Assembly: GCA_016432625.1 (NCBI GenBank)
Contig: CP066697.1
Span: forward strand, 215,363 to 279,362
Length of the DNA stretch: 64,000 bases
Source of the DNA: Candidatus Berkelbacteria bacterium
GTDB lineage: Bacteria > Patescibacteriota > UBA1384 > 2-12-FULL-50-11
Direction: 5' to 3'
The number at the start of each line of letters is the position of its first letter. The first letter of the stretch is position 1. Position numbers and translations under genes: made by a program. Positions 56,945-64,000 of the stretch are shown one piece after another. The notes under the pieces were generated by a model that was not told where the DNA came from, did not search any database, and was given only the letters and a program-made list of their open reading frames with translations.

Positions 56945-57583
56945 ATGAAGGTTGATGTTCTAACGCTATTTCCGGATCTAATTGAGCAGGTTTTGACTCA
57001 CTCTATACCTGGTAGAGCTCAACGTAGCGGAGTTGTTGACCTCAACGCGCATCAGTTACGCACTTGGGCGATAGATAAACGAGGTACTGTCGACGATTCG
57101 CCGTACGGCGGCGGCCCGGGAATGGTTCTGCGCGTTGACGTGGCACACGCAGCGCTCGAAGGAGTCGATCACGGACATAGAGCACATCGCATTATGCTCT
57201 CGCCGGACGGCGAACAGTTTACGCAAGAAATTGCCGAAAAATTAAGCCATGAAAAAAGGTTGGTGCTACTTTGTGGGCGTTACGAGGGTTTCGACGCCCG
57301 GATTGAAAAATACGTCGACCAGAAACTCTCGATCGGACCGTACGTTATCAGCGGTGGCGAGCTAGCCGCGGCGGTTGTGATCGACGCTGTCACTCGCCTT
57401 CTATCAGGAGTTCTAGGAAATGCCGCTTCTCTAGAATCCGAAACCTTCGTCGAGGGGCAAACTGATTTTCCGCAATATACTCGACCAGAGGTTTACAAAG
57501 GAAAGAAAGTCCCCGAGGTACTACTTGGCGGGCACCACGCCGAGATCCAGAAATGGCGCGACACCCAACGTCGGCAGGTTTGA
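56945..57583 (+). CDS. trmD: tRNA (guanine-N1)-methyltransferase
   Basis: LTLFP, VDDSPYGGGPGM, CGRYEGFD.R, SGGE, PQYTRP. Confidence 0.97.
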   Translation: MKVDVLTLFPDLIEQVLTHSIPGRAQRSGVVDLNAHQLRTWAIDKRGTVDDSPYGGGPGMVLRVDVAHAALEGVDHGHRAHRIMLSPDGEQFTQEIAEKLSHEKRLVLLCGRYEGFDARIEKYVDQKLSIGPYVISGGELAAAVVIDAVTRLLSGVLGNAASLESETFVEGQTDFPQYTRPEVYKGKKVPEVLLGGHHAEIQKWRDTQRRQV

Positions 57584-57632
57584 CGTTCTTGGTTGACGAG
57601 TTGCCGATTTATCAGGTATCATCTAGGTAGAA

Positions 57633-57917
57633 ATGCGTTCCCTACAGGACGAAATTGCCGAAATGCAGCGCGAGCTTTCCTGCCCGGTCTGTAACCGGAC
57701 TTTTTCGCTACGAGATATTCAACTTAAAGCGTTTAACGACGAGCATAACGTTGAGCTCTCCGTTATCTGTAACCGGGGCCATTTTCCGGTCATCTTGCTA
57801 GTGCCAGTCAACCTGAAAGAGGTTGCCAAGGCCGGCCTGATTACCAAAACCGAGCTGCAACGCACCGTAAAGGCGCTTGACAGTTTCGAAGGCAGTTTCG
57901 AAAACATCTTGAAATAA
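57633..57917 (+). CDS. Hypothetical Zn-binding protein
   Basis: CPVC...CNRGH; stop overlaps the rplY start. Confidence 0.7.
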   Translation: MRSLQDEIAEMQRELSCPVCNRTFSLRDIQLKAFNDEHNVELSVICNRGHFPVILLVPVNLKEVAKAGLITKTELQRTVKALDSFEGSFENILK

Positions 57918-58639
57918 TGGTCAACAAAACGATTGCTCTACACGCCGAAGGGCGTGAAATTACTGGGAAAAAAGTAAAAAAGCTGCGCCAACGCGCGGTG
58001 ATGCCTGCTGTAGTTTATGGTCGCGACCTTGAACCAAGTCCTATCTCAATTGACCTCAAGGAGTTCAAGAAAGTTTTTGCTGAGGCTGGAACGAGCGCTT
58101 TGGTGGACTTAACTATTAATGACGCTAAGCCGATCAAAGTGCTTCTTCACGAACCGCAAACCCATTATCTTAACGGTGAGCCGATTCACGTCGATTTTTA
58201 TGCCGTTAAAATGACCGAAAAAATTGAGACAGCCATTCCGATTACTTTCGTTGGCGTTTCGCCAGCCGTGGAAGAAATGGAAGGCAACTTTATCTCTAAC
58301 AAAGACGAACTTAATATCCGTTGTCTGCCGGGCGATCTCATTCCAGGAGTTGAGGTTGATTTAACCGTACTCAAGACATTTGACGATCAAGTACGCGTTA
58401 AAGATATCCAGGTGCCGGAAACAGTTGAGGTTACCGACGATCCTGAAGACGTGGTTTGCCTCGTCGCCGCGCCAATCAGTGAAGAGGAGCTCGAAGCTGA
58501 GCTAACTGAAGACACCGCTGCTGAAGAAGCTGCCGTTGCTGAGCTCGGTGCTGAAGAAGCTGCCGAAGGTGAAGAAAAAGCCGAAGGCGAAACCGCTGAA
58601 GCCGAAGCCTCACCAGAGCCAGAAACAAAAGACGCCTAA
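57917..58639 (+). CDS. rplY: 50S ribosomal protein L25/Ctc
   Basis: GKKVKKLR...PAVVYG, HVDFY, acidic tail. Confidence 0.95.
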   Translation: MVNKTIALHAEGREITGKKVKKLRQRAVMPAVVYGRDLEPSPISIDLKEFKKVFAEAGTSALVDLTINDAKPIKVLLHEPQTHYLNGEPIHVDFYAVKMTEKIETAIPITFVGVSPAVEEMEGNFISNKDELNIRCLPGDLIPGVEVDLTVLKTFDDQVRVKDIQVPETVEVTDDPEDVVCLVAAPISEEELEAELTEDTAAEEAAVAELGAEEAAEGEEKAEGETAEAEASPEPETKDA

Positions 58640-58652
58640 GGTGATCAATCTG

Positions 58653-58724
58653 AGCCACCTCGGGGATTTGAACCCCGGACCCACGGTTTACGATACCGTT
58701 GCTCTACCACTGAGCTAAGGTGGC
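58653..58724 (-). tRNA. tRNA-Thr(CGT)
   Basis: GCCACCTTAGCTCAGTGGTAGAGC...ATCGTAA...GTTCAAATCCCCGAGGTGGCT. Confidence 0.93.
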
Positions 58725-58765
58725 GACTGAAGTATTCTACCCTAAAATTAACCTTGAATTAAGGC

Positions 58766-59533
58766 TTACTTTATTGCCTTGCGGAACGACATGACGGTTA
58801 ACGTCACGAGGACGATGAACATCCCGGCGGCGGCATAAAAACCGTAGGCAATATCCGGATTACCCCAACCGTCAAGGACGAGGGCGCGGATCCCCTCAAT
58901 AATGTAGGTGACAGGGTTGTAATCAGTAATTTGGGCGAAAGTCGATGGCAGAAGCTCACGCGGTGATTGTGACGTTGTTAGGTAAAGCAGCGGGAAGACC
59001 AGGATAAACAACGACTGAACTAGGCGAGCATTCTGAGTTCTAAGGGCGGAGATCATGCCGATACAGCTCCATGCCATCGCGAATAGAATCAGCATCCCAA
59101 ACATCGCCAATACCCCGAAGAAACCGGTTTTAATAGTCACGCCCCAAACCAAAAGTAAAATCAGCATAACCACGCCCTGTAAAATGGACTGAACGGCGAT
59201 CTCAGTGAGTTTTGCTAAGACGATGCTCAGGCGGTTAATCGGCATTATGACCAATTTCTTGAAATAACCACTTTGAATATCTTGGACTAACTCAATACCG
59301 GCGTTACCAGCCGAGAAGAAGATCGCCGTAAAAATTGCCACAGGGGCGATGAAGTCTTTATAAGAAACGTCAGGGAAACCAGGGACTTTAGCGAACGACG
59401 ACAATGAGAGCGAGTTTACCGCAAAGAAAAAGATCGGCATAAAAAACGGTGGCAATAGCGCCATGAGCGGTCGCCAAATCAGTTTAATGTTACGGATCGA
59501 CAGATAATACCAATCAGAAAAGAAAGTCGTCAT
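58766..59533 (-). CDS. ABC-2 type transporter permease
   Basis: About 6 TM; D..SG.F..L...P and NPVTYIIEGIR motifs. Confidence 0.9.
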   Translation of the reverse strand: MTTFFSDWYYLSIRNIKLIWRPLMALLPPFFMPIFFFAVNSLSLSSFAKVPGFPDVSYKDFIAPVAIFTAIFFSAGNAGIELVQDIQSGYFKKLVIMPINRLSIVLAKLTEIAVQSILQGVVMLILLLVWGVTIKTGFFGVLAMFGMLILFAMAWSCIGMISALRTQNARLVQSLFILVFPLLYLTTSQSPRELLPSTFAQITDYNPVTYIIEGIRALVLDGWGNPDIAYGFYAAAGMFIVLVTLTVMSFRKAIK

Positions 59534-59534
59534 G

Positions 59535-60341
59535 CTAGCTCCTCATCCTCACGAATGGGTCAGCGGCGTTCTTATTAACATCCTCCTCGCCGATATTGTG
59601 TCCGGTGGTTTTAAGGAAAACTTCTTCGATATTTTTGGCGTTATGTTTCTTGATTAATTCTTGCGGTGAACCCATTTCAACGATCTGGCCTTTGTCCATA
59701 ATCGCTAAACGTTCACAAAGCTCCTCGGCCTCTTCCATAAAGTGAGTAGTCAGGAAAATCGTCATACCCTCTTTATTGAGCTTGCGCAGGTGACTCCAGA
59801 TCAGTTGCCTGGCATGTGGATCGAGGCCTTGGGTCGGTTCATCAAGGAACAAGACCTTTGGCTCGTGCATCAAGGACAGGGCTAAGTCGAAGCGACGACG
59901 CATGCCGCCAGAGTACGTTGAAGTAAATTTGTCGGCAACTTTCTCAAGCTCAACTAGTTTGAGGAGCATGCTGACTCGCTGCTGGATTTTTTCGTTATCC
60001 ATGTGATAAAGCTTGCCGTGCAATTGCAGCATTTCTCGAGCTGTCGCCACCTCATCAAGGCCAACTTCTTGCATGGCAAAGCCGACACGCTTATATATTT
60101 CGTCTAGGTTATCTTCGAGCCTCAGGCCGTCAATCTTAATTTCGCCCGAAGTTTTCTTGACCAAATTGACGAGCATATTGATGGTAGTTGTTTTACCAGC
60201 CCCATTGGGCCCTAAAAAGCCAAAGAATTCGCCCTGACGCACGTCGAAACTAACCCCCCGCACCGCCTCGGTACCGCCCGGATAGGTTTTCCTGATATCT
60301 TTGACGCTGATGATATTTTTTGACACGACAGTAGAACTCAT
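59535..60341 (-). CDS. ABC transporter ATP-binding protein (DrrA-like)
   Basis: GPNGAGKTT, YSGGMRRR, FLDEPT.GLDP, TTH.MEEAE. Confidence 0.93.
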   Translation of the reverse strand: MSSTVVSKNIISVKDIRKTYPGGTEAVRGVSFDVRQGEFFGFLGPNGAGKTTTINMLVNLVKKTSGEIKIDGLRLEDNLDEIYKRVGFAMQEVGLDEVATAREMLQLHGKLYHMDNEKIQQRVSMLLKLVELEKVADKFTSTYSGGMRRRFDLALSLMHEPKVLFLDEPTQGLDPHARQLIWSHLRKLNKEGMTIFLTTHFMEEAEELCERLAIMDKGQIVEMGSPQELIKKHNAKNIEEVFLKTTGHNIGEEDVNKNAADPFVRMRS

Positions 60342-60588
60342 GAGTCAACAGTATGCCAAACGAAAAGTTGCCTGTAAAGTATGCCAACAGCAGATCATCC
60401 AAAACATTTTCCACGGCCAGCGTTACCTTAATTCAAAGACTAGAGAAACTACTAAAGCTCTTTTGGCCAAGTGTGACTAGGGTAAGTACATGCAACGACT
60501 CGTGTTGGTGAGAACCGATTACGAGAAGCATCGCGACGACCACCCGGTTTGAGGCGATGGCGTTGTGACAATTAGTCCACCTCGACTC

Positions 60589-60624
60589 TAGCAAACTTCC
60601 CGGCCCCCTCCGGGATTTTTGCTA
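60589..60624. terminator. Imperfect hairpin, probable terminator downstream of tRNA-Gly
   Basis: tagcaaa-cttcccgg-cccct-ccgggattt-ttgcta. Confidence 0.5.
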
Positions 60625-60650
60625 TTTTGTTGAGGCAATTTCCTTGTTCG

Positions 60651-60721
60651 AGCGGGTGAGGGGAATTGAACCCCCTTCTCAACCTTGGGAAGGTTACGTC
60701 ATGCCGTTAGACCACACCCGC
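60651..60721 (-). tRNA. tRNA-Gly(CCC)
   Basis: GCGGGTGTGGTCTAACGG...TTCCCAA...GTTCAATTCCCCTCACCCGCT. Confidence 0.93.
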
Positions 60722-60769
60722 GTTTTTAACAGGGTTAGCTTACCTGATGCGGTGTGGTACAGTAAAGGT

Positions 60770-61777
60770 ATGGAGGGGAAGCGTGTAGTCTTTTTTGAGG
60801 TAGAAAAATGGGAAGAAGAGTTCTTTCGTGAGCGATTACACGGCACGGAACTTGTCTTTTATCCGCATCGTTTGACGCCGCATAACGTCCCCGAGGCCGA
60901 GGGGGCGGATTTCCTGGTCTGTTTTGTTTACTCTGACCTGAAGGCTCATGTCCTCGATCAGTTGCGCGACATCAGGGGGATTGCCACGATGTCAGTGGGT
61001 ACTAATCATATTGATATGAAACTAGCCCACGAGCGTAATATCACGGTTTGCAACGTCCCGGCGTACGGCCCAAACACCGTCGCGGAACACGCGATCGCTC
61101 TCTTACTGGCACTGTCTCGTAATATCGTCCCCTCTGTCGAGCGAACCCGCGACGGTGACTTTGACTATCGCGGTCTGACAGGTTGGGACTTGATGGGCAA
61201 AACGCTCGGCGTTGTCGGCACTGGCAAAATTGGTGCTCACGTTGCCCGGATCGCAAGCGGCTTGGGTATGCGCCTTATGGCCTTCGATCCCAAACCAAAT
61301 GACGAACTAGTAGAGAAATACGGTGTTGAATTTGTTTCATTGCCGCAACTGCTCCACGCCAGCGATGTTATTACCCTCCATTGTCCGTTACTTGCTAACA
61401 ACACCCACGTCGTCGGGCGCGACGAGTTCAAACAAATGAAAAGAGGAGTGGTATTAATTAACACCGCACGTGGCGGCTTAGTCGACACGAGAGCCTTGCT
61501 CGAGGCGATCGATGATGGGATCGTCTCCCAAGCGGCTGTCGATGTGTTGGAGGACGAGGAGCTTCTACAAGAAGAAAAAGAGTTTTTCTCACCGTATTTC
61601 CAGCTTAAAGACTACCAAACAGCGCTCGCCGATCACGCCCTAATGCGTCACCCGAAAGTTTTAGTCACGCCGCACAACGCGTTCAATAGTCGAGAAGCGC
61701 TCGACAATATTTTAGAAACTACCGCTAAGAATATCGAAGGAATGCTGACGAGCGATCTAGTTAATGTAGTGAGCTGA
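60770..61777 (+). CDS. D-2-hydroxyacid (D-lactate-type) dehydrogenase
   Basis: NVPAYGP.TVAEH, GVVGTGKIG, LHCPL, INTARG, TPHNAF; start MEGKRV. Confidence 0.92.
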   Translation: MEGKRVVFFEVEKWEEEFFRERLHGTELVFYPHRLTPHNVPEAEGADFLVCFVYSDLKAHVLDQLRDIRGIATMSVGTNHIDMKLAHERNITVCNVPAYGPNTVAEHAIALLLALSRNIVPSVERTRDGDFDYRGLTGWDLMGKTLGVVGTGKIGAHVARIASGLGMRLMAFDPKPNDELVEKYGVEFVSLPQLLHASDVITLHCPLLANNTHVVGRDEFKQMKRGVVLINTARGGLVDTRALLEAIDDGIVSQAAVDVLEDEELLQEEKEFFSPYFQLKDYQTALADHALMRHPKVLVTPHNAFNSREALDNILETTAKNIEGMLTSDLVNVVS

Positions 61778-61779
61778 CG

Positions 61780-62208
61780 ATGCTCTACCTTGCCGCCGAC
61801 CATGCGGGGTTTGAGCAGAAAGAATTTGTGGCCCATAAGTTGGCAATCGATGGCGTCGCTTTTGAAGATCTAGGGACGTTTTCCAAGGAGATGGATGACT
61901 ATCCCGTACACGCCAGGCGTGTTGCTAAGGAAGTCATAAAGCACGGCGGCACTGGGTTGCTTTTCTGCGGCACCGGCGTAGGAATGTCGATTGTGGCCAA
62001 TAGAACCAAAGGTATCCGGGCGGCGGTGGTTTGGAACGAAGAGGTCGCTCAACGTTCACGCGATGAGGACGATGCCAATATCGCCTGCTTGCCGGCCCGA
62101 CTTGTAAGTAACGAAACGGCTTGGGAGATAGTTCGGATGTTTCTGGCTACGACATTTGGCCATGAAGAGAGATATAAACGCCGAGTCAAGGAGATCGATC
62201 GAATATGA
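61780..62208 (+). CDS. rpiB: Ribose-5-phosphate isomerase B
   Basis: AADHAG, DDYP, CGTGVGMSIVANR..GIRAA. Confidence 0.92.
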   Translation: MLYLAADHAGFEQKEFVAHKLAIDGVAFEDLGTFSKEMDDYPVHARRVAKEVIKHGGTGLLFCGTGVGMSIVANRTKGIRAAVVWNEEVAQRSRDEDDANIACLPARLVSNETAWEIVRMFLATTFGHEERYKRRVKEIDRI

Positions 62209-62852
62209 AGGCTAAGGGACCGATCTTGCCTGGAAACTTAACGAATACTGCAGAAGATTTCCTGCGCCATTTAGAGTTCGCTCGTGAGAATGCTAACGCC
62301 ATTCATATCGACGTCGCCGACGGTGAGTTTGTCCCTCCAACTACGCTCCCAATCAAAAAATGGCCGACGCTGGCGATTGACTACGCCGAAGCACATTTGA
62401 TGGTGAAAAACCCGATACCTTATTTGGACGATCTTAAAAAAGCTGGAGTGACGCGCAGTATTGTTCATATTGAGTCGTTTTTCGACCCGGATGAATTGGT
62501 CTCGTACGCCAGGGAAATCGATATGTTGCTCGGTTTTGCTGTTAGCCCAGAAACTGACCTGGAGTATCTCAGACCCTTTTTAGAACTGAGTAACTACGTT
62601 CAAGTAATGGGTATTGAACCAGGCAAGACGGGGCAGACCATGTTGCCTCAGACGCCAACGGCCGTAAGTTACCTTCATCGATTACCCAACCGCCGACTGG
62701 TGATAAGTGTCGATGGCGGTGTACACGAGAACACTATCCTACAGCTACGTAAAAATGGGGCGAGTTATTTTGTCGCCTCTTCGGCAATTTTCGATAGCAC
62801 CGATTGGCAAGCTAGCTACTCGCGACTTTTAGAACTAGCGGAGATGTCATGA
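62205..62852 (+). CDS. rpe: Ribulose-phosphate 3-epimerase
   Basis: HIDVADG.FVP, EAHLMV, M.IEPG..GQ, VDGG. Confidence 0.92.
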   Translation: MKAKGPILPGNLTNTAEDFLRHLEFARENANAIHIDVADGEFVPPTTLPIKKWPTLAIDYAEAHLMVKNPIPYLDDLKKAGVTRSIVHIESFFDPDELVSYAREIDMLLGFAVSPETDLEYLRPFLELSNYVQVMGIEPGKTGQTMLPQTPTAVSYLHRLPNRRLVISVDGGVHENTILQLRKNGASYFVASSAIFDSTDWQASYSRLLELAEMS

Positions 62853-63691
62853 ACAGCAAGCAGCTTGCACTTAAAGCCAACGAAATTCGTCAAGAAATAA
62901 TCGCTATGTTACTTGAGGCTGGTTCAGGTCATTCGGCGGGGCCGCTTGGTATGGCCGACGTCTTCACGGCGCTATATTTTGAAATTCTTAAAATTAAAAA
63001 CGAAGATCCCGATTGGTCAGAGCGCGACCGTTTAGTTCTGTCTTGTGGCCACATTTGTCCAGTGCTTTACGCGACGCTGGCGTTGCGCGGCTTTTTCCCA
63101 CGAGCCGAGTTAAAGACGTTGCGACAAATTGGTAGTCGCCTGCAAGGACACCCGCATAATCTATCACTCCCAGGCGTAGAGACGTCCTCAGGACCGCTAG
63201 GCCAGGGCGTTAGCCAAGCTATTGGCATGGCCTTAGCGGCTAAATTAAAGGACGAGGATTGGCGGACCTACCTTGTGATGAGTGACGGCGAGCACAACGA
63301 AGGGCAGAGTTGGGAAGGAATTATGTATGCGGGTGCAAGGCGCCTTCATAATCTAACGGCAATTGTTGACCGCAATAATATCCAGATCGACGGCCATACC
63401 GAAGACGTTTTGCCGCTAGAGCCACTACTCGAAAAATACCAAGCTTTTAACTGGCACGTGATCGAGGCTGACGGCCACAATTTTGACGACATTATTAGCT
63501 CTTTCCGTCACGCCCGAGCAGTTTTTGAAAAGCCGACCGCGATAATTTTTCATACTATCCCCGGTAAGGGCGTTGACTTCATGGAACAAGATTATAAATG
63601 GCACGGTACGCCACCCGATAAAGAGCAAGCTCACCAGGCATTAAATGAGCTCCGGACACTGCGCGGAAAAATTCAGGGAGAACACGAGTGA
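62849..63691 (+). CDS. Transketolase N-terminal subunit
   Basis: GSGH, RDRLVLSCGH, LQGHP, GPLGQG, SDGE..EGQ.WE TPP motif. Confidence 0.95.
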   Translation: MNSKQLALKANEIRQEIIAMLLEAGSGHSAGPLGMADVFTALYFEILKIKNEDPDWSERDRLVLSCGHICPVLYATLALRGFFPRAELKTLRQIGSRLQGHPHNLSLPGVETSSGPLGQGVSQAIGMALAAKLKDEDWRTYLVMSDGEHNEGQSWEGIMYAGARRLHNLTAIVDRNNIQIDGHTEDVLPLEPLLEKYQAFNWHVIEADGHNFDDIISSFRHARAVFEKPTAIIFHTIPGKGVDFMEQDYKWHGTPPDKEQAHQALNELRTLRGKIQGEHE

Positions 63692-64000
63692 TGCAACTCT
63701 TGAACGGCGTTGGCGTAGGTGAGTTGGAACAAGCGGCGATTCGTGACGGCTTTGGTGAAGCGCTTCTTCAGCTTGGTAAGCACAACGAGAGTATTGTCGC
63801 CCTAACGGCCGACTTGACAGAGAGCACTAGGGTTCAGCAATTTGCCAAGAGTTTTCCGGAGCGGTTTTTTGAAATTGGCGTCGCGGAACAAAATTTAATT
63901 GGTATCGCTGCCGGACTTTCTCATGAAGGCTTTATTCCGTTCGCCGCGTCTTACGCCGTCTTCTCGCCAGGACGAACTTGGGATCAAATCAGAGTCTCAG
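63691..64000 (+). CDS. Transketolase C-terminal subunit, 3'-partial
   Basis: RDGFGEAL, ADL..ST, FPERFFEIGVAEQN, WDQIR; runs off the window. Confidence 0.9.
   Translation, partial: MQLLNGVGVGELEQAAIRDGFGEALLQLGKHNESIVALTADLTESTRVQQFAKSFPERFFEIGVAEQNLIGIAAGLSHEGFIPFAASYAVFSPGRTWDQIRVS

Overview
Gene-dense window that looks like a Patescibacteria/CPR chromosome (inferred from the reduced gene content and divergent core proteins; TGA is used as stop). It holds housekeeping genes (typA, thrS, glyA, folD, smpB, ychF, tsaBE, rnhB, uvrA, infC-rpmI-rplT, lgt, lepB, der, priA, a def-fmt fusion, rpsP, khpA, trmD, rplY, rpiB-rpe-tkt), a copper/thiol-redox cluster with visible ArsR- and CsoR-type operators, nine tRNA genes and an RNase P RNA gene. 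Two observations stand out. (1) The RNase P RNA gene (rnpB) is about 690 nt because its P12 loop contains a complete 77-aa ORF, whose Shine-Dalgarno sequence lies largely inside the 16-bp P12 stem. (2) Short 42-80 bp hairpin units copy the terminus of the adjacent gene at four tRNAs and at smpB, sometimes as tandem arrays. Many genes appear leaderless (-10 box 6-8 nt before ATG), and three unannotated small membrane proteins lie in the copper cluster. All calls were made by eye, without database searches.
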